Below, in pieces: positions 19,688-29,960 of a stretch of DNA of 64,000 bases (the first letter of the stretch is position 1; every line of letters begins with the position of its first letter). The stretch covers positions 3,996-67,995 of the forward strand of contig JALQXX010000003.1 in the NCBI GenBank assembly GCA_023262965.1, in the 5' to 3' direction. The stretch is from Candidatus Marinamargulisbacteria bacterium (GTDB taxonomy: Bacteria; Margulisbacteria; Marinamargulisbacteria; UBA817). A program made the position numbers and the translations under genes. Below the pieces are notes generated by a model, which was not told where the DNA came from, did not search any database, and saw only the letters and a program-made list of their open reading frames with translations.

Positions 19688-20692
19688 ATGGCAACGCGTG
19701 TGATATTAACAGGCATTAAACCAACCGGCGACCCGCATTTGGGCAATTATTTGGGGGCGATATTACCTGCACGAACGTTAGCGCAGGCTAACCCAGATCA
19801 TCCAAAGCTATTTTTCATAGCCGATGCCCACGCATTAACCACGCTAAACAATCCGCAGCAGCTGCAGCAATTTCGACGAACCATCGCGGCGACATGGTTG
19901 GCTTTTTTCACCGATGTACCGCAGTGTTATTTCTATTTTCAATCCGACATTGCCGCCATTTTTGAATTGTATTGGATACTCAGCTGTGTCTGCCCGAAGG
20001 GGCTTTTAAATCGGGCGCATGCCTACAAATCGCTAGTGGCCGCAAACACGGCATCACATACTGATCCGGATCGGGGCATTAATCACGGATTATTTTCGTA
20101 TCCGGTATTAATGGCGGCCGACATACTGCTGTTTGGGACCACGCATGTACCGGCAGGTGCGGATCAAAAGCAGCATGTAGAAATTGCGGTGGAATTGGCC
20201 AAGCAACTCAATCGACACCTAAAAACCCCCCTGCCCATTCCCCAACCCATTATTCCCGATAAAGCCGAGGTAATTCCCGGAATTGACGGCCAAAAAATGA
20301 GCAAAAATTACAACAATACCCTGCCACTATTTGCGCCGCCCCCGGATCTTAAAAAACGCATTGCCAAAATTAAAACGGCATCCATGCCATTGGGCACCCC
20401 TCTCGATTGGACAACCTGTTTGGTGTATCAATTATTTACCCATGTGGCACCCGAATCCGCTCAGGCCGCATTAAAAGCCGATTACGAATCGGGTCGCATT
20501 GGGTTTGGGCAAGCAAAAGAAGCTCTTTTTACGGCCTACACCACCTATTTTCAATCATACGGTCAGGCATTTGAGAATTACATAAAGGCACCCCATACAT
20601 TGGATCAGATCATGCAATCCCACACCGTGGTAGTACGGGATATGGCGAATCAGCGGCTTCAGGCCATTAAGCAGGATTTGGGACTTCAATGA
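19688..20692 (+). CDS. trpS: Tryptophan--tRNA ligase
   Basis: TGIKPTGDPHLGNYLGA, YPVLMAADIL, GADQKQHVE, KMSKN. Confidence 0.96.
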   Translation: MATRVILTGIKPTGDPHLGNYLGAILPARTLAQANPDHPKLFFIADAHALTTLNNPQQLQQFRRTIAATWLAFFTDVPQCYFYFQSDIAAIFELYWILSCVCPKGLLNRAHAYKSLVAANTASHTDPDRGINHGLFSYPVLMAADILLFGTTHVPAGADQKQHVEIAVELAKQLNRHLKTPLPIPQPIIPDKAEVIPGIDGQKMSKNYNNTLPLFAPPPDLKKRIAKIKTASMPLGTPLDWTTCLVYQLFTHVAPESAQAALKADYESGRIGFGQAKEALFTAYTTYFQSYGQAFENYIKAPHTLDQIMQSHTVVVRDMANQRLQAIKQDLGLQ

Positions 20693-21744
20693 CCTATCTT
20701 ATTTTGTGTGTAATGAGTGGTGTGATGACCGTATTTAGTGTGCGTTTTGCCATATGGTTATCGCACAAATACAACTGGTATGATCAGCCTGCCGGTCGAA
20801 ATCAGCATCGGCATCCCGTTCCCGTATTGGGGGGATTGGGGATTATTATGGGGATTATTATCAGCTACAGCGTGGTGGCCGATGCGGGGCTAACCCCATT
20901 AAATGCGGGGTTGCTGGGCGCTATTGCCATGTTTGCTATTGGGGTATGGGACGATAAATTCCCATTAAATCCATACCTTAAATTGAGCCTTCAAATGGTG
21001 GTGGTAACCGTCATGTTTATGTGCGGGATTCGGATTGAGTTTATTAATTGGCCGGGGTCTCTGCCAACCACGTTTTTGAATACGGGTGCCGGTTTTGTGG
21101 CAACACAGGTGTGGATGCTTCTTATTATTAATGTGTTCAATATTATTGATGGGATTGATGGCTTGTCTGCGGGGGTATCGTGTTTAACGGCAATGGCGCT
21201 TTTTGGCGTGTCAATCGGGGTGTCACCCATTGCGATCACGTATTTATTGTGCACGATTATTGGCGCAACAGCGGTGTTTTTGCGTTACAATTTTCATCCC
21301 GCCAAAATATTTTTGGGCGATTCGGGGTCGCTTTTATTGGGGTATTTATTTGGGATGATTTCGATTTTGGGGGTATTGAAATCCACAATTTCTGTTGTGA
21401 TGGTATTATTTATATTTGCGATTCCGCTGATGGATATGGTATTAAGCGTATTGCGGCGATTGCGTCGGGGCAAAAATATTTTTTATCCGGATTTGGAACA
21501 TGTGCATCATCAATTGGTTAAGTGTGGGTTATCGGTGCCCAAAACCGTTATGGTGTTGTATGTGTTAACGATTGGATTTGGGCTATTGGGGATCTTTGGT
21601 GCGCAAACGTCCACCTACGGGCGTCTGATTGTTGGGGGAATTGCTTTTATTGCCTGTGTGAGTTTTTTTTGGTACTTGCAAGAATCCAAATACGATGTCA
21701 CCCGCCATGATTCATCGCAGTCATGGCATTCCGATCATCAATAG
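20689..21744 (+). CDS. Undecaprenyl-phosphate GlcNAc-1-phosphate transferase (WecA/TagO, MraY-like)
   Basis: GVWDD, NIIDGIDGL, YNFHPAKIFLGDSGS, HVHH. Confidence 0.9.
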   Translation: MTYLILCVMSGVMTVFSVRFAIWLSHKYNWYDQPAGRNQHRHPVPVLGGLGIIMGIIISYSVVADAGLTPLNAGLLGAIAMFAIGVWDDKFPLNPYLKLSLQMVVVTVMFMCGIRIEFINWPGSLPTTFLNTGAGFVATQVWMLLIINVFNIIDGIDGLSAGVSCLTAMALFGVSIGVSPIAITYLLCTIIGATAVFLRYNFHPAKIFLGDSGSLLLGYLFGMISILGVLKSTISVVMVLFIFAIPLMDMVLSVLRRLRRGKNIFYPDLEHVHHQLVKCGLSVPKTVMVLYVLTIGFGLLGIFGAQTSTYGRLIVGGIAFIACVSFFWYLQESKYDVTRHDSSQSWHSDHQ

Positions 21745-21811
21745 TTGCTTGTATCATAGGATGATTTAGAAGACCTTGTCATCATACCATTCTTTTTATA
21801 CTATTAGGCAT

Positions 21812-22300
21812 ATGAATCATATGGTAACGGCTATTTTGCTGTTCTTTGTTTGGTTGGTATGGTCGGGCATGTTTGATTTGTTTCATGTGACACTTGGTGT
21901 TATATCCGTTGGTATCGTATTGCTGTGGATGGGGCCACTCACAACCGTCAAGCGTCCGTCGGTACGCATCTTAATCAAGGAGTGGCTGTGTTTTGAATGG
22001 TACACCGTTTGGTTAATGGGGCAGGTGGTACTGGCCAATATAGATGTGTTTAAATTGGCGTTTCACACCGACCTTTGCGCGGTGCTCAATCCCCAGTACA
22101 TTACCTTTACAACCGGAATTAAAGGCGAGGTGCCGCAATTTGTTTTGGCCCAATCGATTACCTTAACGCCTGGTACCATCACGCGGGATATTGTGGGAAA
22201 TCAATTTACCGTATACGCCATCAACGATGCCGCAGCCGGTGGGTTGCCGGGGCAGATGGAGCAAAAAGTCCGCGCCATTTACCGGGAGTATGAATCATGA
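21812..22300 (+). CDS. mrpE: Mrp/Mnh Na+/H+ antiporter subunit E
   Basis: WLVWSG, LAQSITLTPGTIT. Confidence 0.9.
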   Translation: MNHMVTAILLFFVWLVWSGMFDLFHVTLGVISVGIVLLWMGPLTTVKRPSVRILIKEWLCFEWYTVWLMGQVVLANIDVFKLAFHTDLCAVLNPQYITFTTGIKGEVPQFVLAQSITLTPGTITRDIVGNQFTVYAINDAAAGGLPGQMEQKVRAIYREYES

Positions 22301-22605
22301 TGGGGTTGTTTTTAGTTGCTGCCCTAGTGTTACTGGCGTTTATGGGATTACTCCTGTATCGCATTGTGGTGGGGCCAACGGTGATAGATCGGCTATTGGC
22401 CGTTAATGTTATTGGTACCAAGTCCATTGTCATTCTGATTATTATGGGGATTTTATTTGATCGGGTGGCAATGTTTATTGATATTGCACTGGCCTATGGG
22501 CTGTTGAATTTTATTGCATCTTTGGCGGCAGCCAAATATTTTCGCAAGCATAAAAAAATTCATCATGTGTCTACCATGCCTGCGGAGGTGTCCCATGATC
22601 ATTAA
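22297..22605 (+). CDS. mrpF: Mrp antiporter subunit F
   Basis: RIVVGPTVIDRLLA, DIALAYGLLNF. Confidence 0.92.
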   Translation: MMGLFLVAALVLLAFMGLLLYRIVVGPTVIDRLLAVNVIGTKSIVILIIMGILFDRVAMFIDIALAYGLLNFIASLAAAKYFRKHKKIHHVSTMPAEVSHDH

Positions 22606-23005
22606 TATGGTGTTGGTGGGGTTGGTTGCATTTGGCACAACCGTTACCCACGGAGGTCCCCTCCATAGCGTATTTAACGCCCTTGTTGGCGTGTTGTTGA
22701 TTGCAGGATTGCTGTTTTTTTTATCCACCTGTGTGGGTATTTTGCGATTCCCCGATTTTTATACTCGATTGAACGCAGCTGGAAAAGGCGATACGTTGTC
22801 TACCATTTTAATGTTGGTGGCCTGTGCCCTTATGGTTATTACATCGGCGCATCATGTGGATCGAACGGTTGTTTTGTCCGCAATAAAAATTATTATGATT
22901 GTCAATTTTATTTTTATTGGTAGCCCAACCGCCACACATGCCTTACTAGAGGCGGCGCATTGGTCCGAAATAAAACCCTGGAAGCGGAACGATCCCCCAT
23001 GCTAA
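22595..23005 (+). CDS. mrpG: Mrp antiporter subunit G
   Basis: GILRFPDFYTRLNAAGKGDTL, SPTATHAL. Confidence 0.92.
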   Translation: MIINMVLVGLVAFGTTVTHGGPLHSVFNALVGVLLIAGLLFFLSTCVGILRFPDFYTRLNAAGKGDTLSTILMLVACALMVITSAHHVDRTVVLSAIKIIMIVNFIFIGSPTATHALLEAAHWSEIKPWKRNDPPC

Positions 23006-23991
23006 TAGCTATTGAAGTTGGGTTATTGATTTTGGTGCCATGTGTTGCCTTTGTGGCATTGTGGTTGCGTGACTTAATGAGTGCCGTGATTGTATTGGGG
23101 GCTTACAGTTTTTTAATGTGTTTGGTGTGGACGGGTATGGGGGCCGTGGATGTCGCGTTTACGGAAGCCGCGGTGGGGGCAGGGGTGTCCACGGTGTTTT
23201 TTATTGCGGTGTTGTTTAATACAACCCGAAACATTACCTTCAACCCCTTGGATGTATCCTCCAAATTGGTAGCGCTGGTGGCCTGTTTGGGCTTTGGATA
23301 CGTATTGCTCCAGGGCGTATCGGACTTACCCGATTGGGGGGATCCGTATTCACCGGTTAACGCGGGGGTATCCACCTATTACATTGAAAATGCCTACGCC
23401 GATACACACGTTCCCAACTTGGTAACAACGGTATTGGCGGATTATCGAAGTGTGGATACCATGCTTGAAACCACCGTGGTACTCATTGCATTATTGGGTA
23501 TTTTTATGATATTAAAAAAAGATCGGCCCGCGCAATCCGACTCGTCGGATACACAGGCGCACGATAGCCTGATTATTCGATTGTCGGCGCGGTTTATTGC
23601 GCCCTTCATTCAGCTATTTGGATTGTATGTTGTTGCCCATGGGCATCACAGTCCGGGTGGAGGGTTTCAGGGAGGGGTTATTTTGGGTACCGGCTTGATT
23701 TTAATGGCCATGTCTATGGGAATGGCTTCTGCAAAGCGTTTATTGTCCATTCCACGTATGATCATTTTAGCCGCGGTTGGTGTTCTGATTTATGCAGGTT
23801 GGGGTGCGGTTCCGCTGGTTTATAACGGGTATTTTTTGGATTATTCGGTATGGGAGTCGGTGTTTGGGTCCATGGCCCGTTCGCACAGTATGTTGATTGT
23901 TGAAATTGGTGTGGCGCTTACGGTAATGTGTGGTATGTATGGCATTTACATGAGCTTGGTATCGGATGGCGGCATGCAGGAGGGATTATGA
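22999..23991 (+). CDS. mrpB: Mrp antiporter subunit B (DUF4040 + MnhB fusion)
   Basis: DVAFTEAAVGAG, NLVTTVLADYRSVDT, HGHHSPGGGFQGG. Confidence 0.9.
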   Translation: MLIAIEVGLLILVPCVAFVALWLRDLMSAVIVLGAYSFLMCLVWTGMGAVDVAFTEAAVGAGVSTVFFIAVLFNTTRNITFNPLDVSSKLVALVACLGFGYVLLQGVSDLPDWGDPYSPVNAGVSTYYIENAYADTHVPNLVTTVLADYRSVDTMLETTVVLIALLGIFMILKKDRPAQSDSSDTQAHDSLIIRLSARFIAPFIQLFGLYVVAHGHHSPGGGFQGGVILGTGLILMAMSMGMASAKRLLSIPRMIILAAVGVLIYAGWGAVPLVYNGYFLDYSVWESVFGSMARSHSMLIVEIGVALTVMCGMYGIYMSLVSDGGMQEGL

Positions 23992-24356
23992 CAACACTCA
24001 GTTATAGCGTTGCGATTATTCTAATGACCATGGGACTATGGGCGATGTTATCCAAAAAAAATCTAATAAAAAAATTAATGGGCTTAGCTATATTCCAAAC
24101 CGGGATTATTTTATTTTTTATTTCAATGGGGGCTAAAGAAGGCGCGACAATTCCGATTTTGGATCATCATGGGTATGGCGGGATTTATTCGGATGATTAT
24201 GCGAATCCATTGACTCAGATTTTGATGTTAACAGCCATTGTTGTTGGCGTGGCTACCTTGGGGTTGGGATTGGCCTTAGCCCGAAAAATATACGCGCATT
24301 ATGGCTCCTTTAACGAAGATGATATTTTGGCCAATTTACGGGAGCCCAATGAGTAG
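23988..24356 (+). CDS. mrpC: Mrp antiporter subunit C
   Basis: KNLIKKLMGL, NPLTQILMLTAIVVG. Confidence 0.92.
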   Translation: MTTLSYSVAIILMTMGLWAMLSKKNLIKKLMGLAIFQTGIILFFISMGAKEGATIPILDHHGYGGIYSDDYANPLTQILMLTAIVVGVATLGLGLALARKIYAHYGSFNEDDILANLREPNE

Positions 24357-25821
24357 TCAGTGGGCATTTTTGGCCATGGGAATCCCCTTTTTTACGGCAC
24401 TGATTATGGGGTCGGTGGGGTATGCCGCACCACGATTTATGCGATGGATTGGCGCAACCGGAATAACGCTAGCGGTTTTTGCGTCAATTGGTTTATGGAG
24501 CACCGTATCTACAGACGAATATGTGTCGTATTTTTTTGGAGGGTGGTTGCCGCCTATCGGTATTGCTCTGGAAGTGGATCGTATTAGTGCACTCATGGTG
24601 CTGATGGTCCATGGTGTTGCCGCCCTGGCATACATTTTTTCTTTAAAAGCCTTGCCAAACGAGCTCCCTGCATCCAAACATCCCGTGTATTATACCTTAT
24701 ATTTTCTGCTGATTTCGGGGTTTGTTGCTTTGGCCGTCACCGGGGATGTGTTTAATGTGTATGTCTTGTTTGAAGTGTGTGCTTTAAGTGGGTACGCGCT
24801 GTTGGCGATGGGCGGAAAAAAAGCCTATGTGCCGACCTTTAACTACGTATTGATGGGATCATTGGGGGCCTGTTTCTATTTGATTGGCGTTGGGTATTTG
24901 TTTATTAAGACGGGCACACTCAATATGGCGCATTTAGCGGATGTGTTGCCCACTGTATTTTTTTCGCGGTCTATTTTAACGGCATTTATATTAATAACCG
25001 TGGGATTATTTGTTAAAATGGCGCTATTTCCGTTTCATGGATGGATGCCCAATGTGTATACAAAGGCCCCGGTGTCCACATTATGTTTAATGGCTCCGTT
25101 GGGAACAAAAATATGTGTGTACGTGTTGTTGCGGGTGGTAGGTTACGTGTTTTCGATGGAGTATATGACAAACATACTGGCGGTTCAGCCGATTATGATG
25201 ACGTTGGCGACGCTAGCTATTGTCGTGGGGACACTATACGTGGTGTATCATCGGCATTTGACCCGAATTATTATGTTCATTATTGTTTCTGAGATTGGGT
25301 ATATGGTGGGGGGTATTTTTCTGGGGCAAATGGATTCGGTTATTGGTGCCGTGTATCATATTGCGGCCGATGCGCTAATGACCGTTACCCTGGTCATGGT
25401 AGCGGGTGTTGTTCGGCATTGTTTGGGGGGAGATGCCATAGCAGATGTGGCCATGATGTTTCGACGATTGCCGACAACGGCCATCGCCTTTGTGATTGTG
25501 TGTTTATCGGTTATAGGGGTCCCCCCAATGCCCGGGTTTTTCTCTAAATTTTTGCTCATTAAGGGAGCTTTCATGAGTGGTTATTATGGATTCGCAGTGG
25601 CTTTGCTAATCGCGTCATTAACCGCGGTCTTTTTGTTTTTTCGATTTTTTGAAGGGTACTTCTACATGAAAACCGACAATACAGCACCATCGGTGATTCA
25701 AGAGCCATGGGCGTATCGAATTCCGTTGGTGGTCGCGGCCATTGGGTTGGTGGGGTTTGGATTATCTTTTTCATATTGGTACGGGTTTATTAAGTTGGCA
25801 TTGCCGTTGGGGTTAGCTTAG
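24349..25821 (+). CDS. mrpD: Mrp antiporter subunit D (NuoM/N-like)
   Basis: GGWLPPIGI, GDVFNVYVLFEV, KMALFPFHGWMP, GFFSKF. Confidence 0.9.
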   Translation: MSSQWAFLAMGIPFFTALIMGSVGYAAPRFMRWIGATGITLAVFASIGLWSTVSTDEYVSYFFGGWLPPIGIALEVDRISALMVLMVHGVAALAYIFSLKALPNELPASKHPVYYTLYFLLISGFVALAVTGDVFNVYVLFEVCALSGYALLAMGGKKAYVPTFNYVLMGSLGACFYLIGVGYLFIKTGTLNMAHLADVLPTVFFSRSILTAFILITVGLFVKMALFPFHGWMPNVYTKAPVSTLCLMAPLGTKICVYVLLRVVGYVFSMEYMTNILAVQPIMMTLATLAIVVGTLYVVYHRHLTRIIMFIIVSEIGYMVGGIFLGQMDSVIGAVYHIAADALMTVTLVMVAGVVRHCLGGDAIADVAMMFRRLPTTAIAFVIVCLSVIGVPPMPGFFSKFLLIKGAFMSGYYGFAVALLIASLTAVFLFFRFFEGYFYMKTDNTAPSVIQEPWAYRIPLVVAAIGLVGFGLSFSYWYGFIKLALPLGLA

Positions 25822-27260
25822 TGGGATTTGCAATTGCCTGTAGCATAATTATTCCGATGATTGGGGCCATGGGTATCTACGTCACCCGATCCAAACCAAA
25901 TGGTCCGGCTATTAGCAGTGTGGTGGCCGCAATTGCCTTGGTGGCGTCTGTTATTCATTTAATGGCGTATGGGGCACGCGATGTCGTGGATGTGGTATCG
26001 TTTTTTCCGGGCATATCGGTATCGTTTTTTTGTGATCCATTAAGTCTTATTTTTGCGATGGTTGCATCCAGTTTATGGGGCATTACGGTTTTGTATTCGG
26101 TTGGCTATTTGAATGGTGCGCACGAAAAAAATCAACCGCGATTCTTTGCCTGTGTTGCCATTGCGTTGGGAGCTACCATGGGGGTTGCTTTTTCAGCGAA
26201 TTTGTTGACCCTGTATATTTTCTACGAAATGCTATCGTTATCAACGTATGCACTGGTGGGGCATCACCAAAATGATGAGGCGCGGGTAGGGGCACGAAAA
26301 TATCTGATTTATTTATTTGGTGGCTCGATTGGGTTGGCATTGCCCGCCATGATTGCCGTATATGCCTTAACGGGGACGTTATCATTTTCATATGCAGGTA
26401 TTCTGCCAGAGGTAACCCCCTTCCCTGTTTTGGTTGTATTGATGATTATGTTTTTATATGGGTTTGCTAAAGCGGGGCTGATGCCTTTTCATGCATGGTT
26501 GCCGGGAGCCATGGTGGCGCCTACGCCAGTGAGCTCGTTATTGCATGCGGTAGCGGTTGTTAAAGTGGGGGTTTTTAGTATTGTTCGTGTAATAACCGGT
26601 ATCTTTGGATACGATTTGATTAATCAGGTGAATTTATCGCAGGTTATTGTGTATATTGCGGCATTTACGGTTATTGTGGCGTCACTTATGGCCCTGTATC
26701 AAGATAGCTTAAAACGGCGATTGGCATTTTCCACCATTGGACAGCTGGCTTATATTATTATGGGCGTTGGCTTGGCCACTCCGATGGCATTTGTTGGTGG
26801 GGTTTTACATATTGTCATGCATGCCTTTGGTAAAATCACCCTGTTTTTCTGTGCCGGGGCCATTTATGTTGCGACTAAAAAGAAATACGTATCTCAATTG
26901 GATGGGATTGGCCGGCAAATGCCCTGGACAATGGGCGCTTTTTTTATTGGTTCTTTGAGCGTTATAGGGCTACCGCCTACGGGTGGATTTATTAGCAAAT
27001 GGTTTATGGTAAATGGGGCATTGGAGGCGGGTTTTCCAGTTATTTTTACTGTTTATTTAATAAGTTCTTTTTTAAATGCCTGTTATTTTTTACCTATTGT
27101 GTATCGGGCATTCTTTAAGAATCCCGCGACAATGGATGATGTGGCTGAACGACCTTTATTATGTGTGGTTCCACCGGTGATTACAGCGGCAATGTCGGTG
27201 GTGCTTTTTGTGGGGGCCCCATTCATTATTCGACTCATTCAAGGAATTTATTATGGGTAA
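25821..27260 (+). CDS. Mrp antiporter subunit D/A-like (NuoL-like)
   Basis: FYEMLSLSTY, KAGLMPFHAWLPGAMVAPTPVSSLLHAVAVVKVG, GFISKW. Confidence 0.88.
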   Translation: MGFAIACSIIIPMIGAMGIYVTRSKPNGPAISSVVAAIALVASVIHLMAYGARDVVDVVSFFPGISVSFFCDPLSLIFAMVASSLWGITVLYSVGYLNGAHEKNQPRFFACVAIALGATMGVAFSANLLTLYIFYEMLSLSTYALVGHHQNDEARVGARKYLIYLFGGSIGLALPAMIAVYALTGTLSFSYAGILPEVTPFPVLVVLMIMFLYGFAKAGLMPFHAWLPGAMVAPTPVSSLLHAVAVVKVGVFSIVRVITGIFGYDLINQVNLSQVIVYIAAFTVIVASLMALYQDSLKRRLAFSTIGQLAYIIMGVGLATPMAFVGGVLHIVMHAFGKITLFFCAGAIYVATKKKYVSQLDGIGRQMPWTMGAFFIGSLSVIGLPPTGGFISKWFMVNGALEAGFPVIFTVYLISSFLNACYFLPIVYRAFFKNPATMDDVAERPLLCVVPPVITAAMSVVLFVGAPFIIRLIQGIYYG

Positions 27261-27489
27261 ATTGTTCAAAAAAATACTGATAATGGTAGCGGTTCTTGTG
27301 TTTAGTTTAGATGGACTCATGGTGCACCGACATTCACATTTTGCCGAATCAGGGGTGTATTCAATGGATGCATTTCCGGTATTTTATGGTGTCTTGGCTA
27401 TCGTTGTATCGTTTGTAACATGGGGCCTGTCTCGGGCCATTGGCCGAGTGATTCGTCAAAAGGAGACATATTATGACCACGATTTTTAA
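27253..27489 (+). CDS. Small 2-TM membrane protein within the mrp operon
   Basis: Overlaps both neighbours; two hydrophobic helices; C-terminal RQKETYYD. Confidence 0.7.
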   Translation: MGKLFKKILIMVAVLVFSLDGLMVHRHSHFAESGVYSMDAFPVFYGVLAIVVSFVTWGLSRAIGRVIRQKETYYDHDF

Positions 27490-29275
27490 TGTTCCACCAG
27501 GCGTGTGGCTCCTTATTGGGGCAATATTTACGGCAGTGTTTGCCAAAAAACGATGGGCCGGTGTGTTACCTATTATTGCGGCCGCATTGGGTTTGGTGAC
27601 GGTTATGGGGCTTAACGAATCATCACATCTCTCCCTCTCCTTTTTATTGACCCGTATAAATATGATACAGGTTGATGCATTGAGCCAGGTATTTGGGTAT
27701 GTATTATCGGGAATTGTTGTTGTGGCATTTGTGTTTGGTTGTGCACAATTGCGGGAGTATATAACCGCTTTGGTGTATGTGGGGGCGGCGTTGGTGGTTG
27801 TGTACACCGACAGCATGGTTATGATGTATGTTTTTTGGGAAATTATGGCCGTGTCTTCAGCCTTTTTAATTGCATTTAGTGGTGTAAAAAATGCCCATCA
27901 GGCGGCATTGCGATACACCATTGTTCATTTAGTTGGTGGTCTGATTTTATTGGCTGGCATTTTGCTCCACTATCAGGCAACGGGGTCCTTGGCCATGCAG
28001 GCATTATCGCCATCAGGCGTTGCCTTTTATTTGGTTATGGCGGGTGTTTTAGTGAATGCGGCGGCGTTTCCGTTTTCGGCCTGGCTGTCGGATGCGTATC
28101 CCGAATCAACCGCAATGGGTGGGGTGATCTTGAGTTCCGTGACAACCAAAACGGCGTTGTATGTACTCATTCGATTGTTTTTGGGAACCCATGTACTCAT
28201 TACCATTGGGGTGATTACGGCTGTATTGGCGGTATGGTACGGATTTCAAGAAAATAATATGCGGCGCGTATTGGCATTTGGTGTGATTAATCAAATGGGG
28301 TTTAAGTTAGTAGGGGTGGGTTTAGGAACGCCTCTCGCATTAGCTGGGGTATTGGCTCATACGGTATGTGGGGTGATTTATAATGCCATATTATGGATGG
28401 TGGCAGGGCTTATTATTCACCGTACGTCGGTGACGCGATTATCGGATATGCCCACGGTTGTTATTCAATCCAGAGGCCTGTTGATTGCGGCAATTGTAGG
28501 GGGATTATCGATTGCCGCTTTTCCATTTACGGGTGGTTTTGTATCTAAATCGCTTATTTTATTAGCGATTGAAAAACAGCATTTATTTGGCCCATGGATA
28601 CTGTTAGAAATGGCGTCGGTAGGGGCTATTTTTTTTGTTACGTGTCGCTGGTTGTATGGGGTCTTTTTTGCGCCACGTTCACCAGGGGCGTCCGTTATTA
28701 CCATTCCTTTAAAAGCACATGTTCGACCGTATATAGCGATGGGAATTTTGGGAATGCTGAGTATTGGATTGGGAGTGTTTCCATCTGTTATGTACAGTGT
28801 ATTTCCCAACTATGCAGTGTTTGGGCTTTATATTGATCAAACATGGTCAACTATTTATACGAACCTACCCGTGGTTATGGCATCGTTGACAAAAATTTTA
28901 GGGGCTGTAGTGGTGTTTATTATGGTAAAGCCGTCATTTGTTCCGGGGGTCTTGTTGGATACCGCTTGGTTGTATCGGCGCTCTCTCCGCGTAATAACGG
29001 GTGTGTTTATTGTATTTTTAGATGCGGTTTATGCCATGGTTAATCGCATAACGATGGCGGGTATTCAAGGTCTTTGTTACATATATACACACTCGCTGGC
29101 GTTGGGTATGTATCTTTTATCGATACCCTATTTACGTATTAGTGGGGTTTCCATTAATCAGCGTGCCCTATTGGATCGATATTCGGTCATTGCTCGCGTG
29201 AATGGACTCCCTATTATTGCCTCGGCACTGGGGGTTATTTTGATGGTTGTATTTTTGCTTGTAACACAATCATAG
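27473..29275 (+). CDS. Third MrpD-like antiporter subunit
   Basis: FWEIMAVSS, NAAAFPFSAWLSDAYPE, TTKTALYVL, GFVSKSL. Confidence 0.85.
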   Translation: MTTIFNVPPGVWLLIGAIFTAVFAKKRWAGVLPIIAAALGLVTVMGLNESSHLSLSFLLTRINMIQVDALSQVFGYVLSGIVVVAFVFGCAQLREYITALVYVGAALVVVYTDSMVMMYVFWEIMAVSSAFLIAFSGVKNAHQAALRYTIVHLVGGLILLAGILLHYQATGSLAMQALSPSGVAFYLVMAGVLVNAAAFPFSAWLSDAYPESTAMGGVILSSVTTKTALYVLIRLFLGTHVLITIGVITAVLAVWYGFQENNMRRVLAFGVINQMGFKLVGVGLGTPLALAGVLAHTVCGVIYNAILWMVAGLIIHRTSVTRLSDMPTVVIQSRGLLIAAIVGGLSIAAFPFTGGFVSKSLILLAIEKQHLFGPWILLEMASVGAIFFVTCRWLYGVFFAPRSPGASVITIPLKAHVRPYIAMGILGMLSIGLGVFPSVMYSVFPNYAVFGLYIDQTWSTIYTNLPVVMASLTKILGAVVVFIMVKPSFVPGVLLDTAWLYRRSLRVITGVFIVFLDAVYAMVNRITMAGIQGLCYIYTHSLALGMYLLSIPYLRISGVSINQRALLDRYSVIARVNGLPIIASALGVILMVVFLLVTQS

Positions 29276-29387
29276 TCGTCCGTGTGACGCTATGCAATCA
29301 ATAATCTGTAGCATCTTTTATTAATGACGTTATATAAAAACTGGAAAATGAGTTGACTCTATCGAGACGTTGTGGCATAGTATAAAT

Positions 29388-29702
29388 ATGGAGAAAATAA
29401 TATGTTGCAGTACAAATAAACTATATAGTCATGGGACGTATATTCGTTCATCGGATTTGCAAGTTATTAAACGGTTTAAGTGCCCCACGTGTAAACGAAC
29501 ATTTTCGCGATTGGCATCTCCGATGGAGCTTCCCGGTAAACGGATTAATATGACCCAAAAGATCAATAGTTTGTTGAAGAAGGGCTTAAGTACGCGTGAA
29601 ATTGCAACAATGTTGCACATTACCACAACAATGGTGTCTCGTAAACGCACGTTGTTTAAAAAAATGATGGATCAACAAACAACCCCAGGGGCAGCCAACT
29701 AA
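29388..29702 (+). CDS. Zinc-ribbon + HTH protein resembling IS1-family InsA N-terminal module
   Basis: CC...HG...KRFKCPTCKRTFS followed by GLSTREIATMLHITTTMVSRK; no DDE domain follows. Confidence 0.65.
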   Translation: MEKIICCSTNKLYSHGTYIRSSDLQVIKRFKCPTCKRTFSRLASPMELPGKRINMTQKINSLLKKGLSTREIATMLHITTTMVSRKRTLFKKMMDQQTTPGAAN

Positions 29703-29790
29703 AATCAATAACTTCATATTTGAATTGTTTTTATACGGCCTATTTTTTGTAAAAATGCCCGTTTAGGTATCATTCTAAACGGTATAACCA

Positions 29791-29958
29791 TTACTTTTTA
29801 GGGGGGTCGTTTGATTTCGATGAATCCGATTCGTCTAATCCTTTTTGAAACTCTTTTCGCGCTTCACCCAGGGACTTGGCAAATTTGGGGATGGATTTGG
29901 CGCCAAAAAGGACCAAAACAATTAAGCCAATAACAATTAATTCAGTACTACCAATCAT
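29791..29958 (-). CDS. tatA: Twin-arginine translocase TatA
   Basis: Manual translation (below ORF-track cutoff): MIGSTELIVIGLIVLVLFGAKSIPKFAKSLGEARKEFQKGLDE... Confidence 0.93.
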   Translation of the reverse strand: MIGSTELIVIGLIVLVLFGAKSIPKFAKSLGEARKEFQKGLDESDSSKSNDPPKK

Positions 29959-29960
29959 AA

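Noticed and set aside
29276..29790. Complete IS1 element
   Set aside because: No InsB/DDE frame, terminal inverted repeats or target duplication evident; tatA begins within 90 nt.
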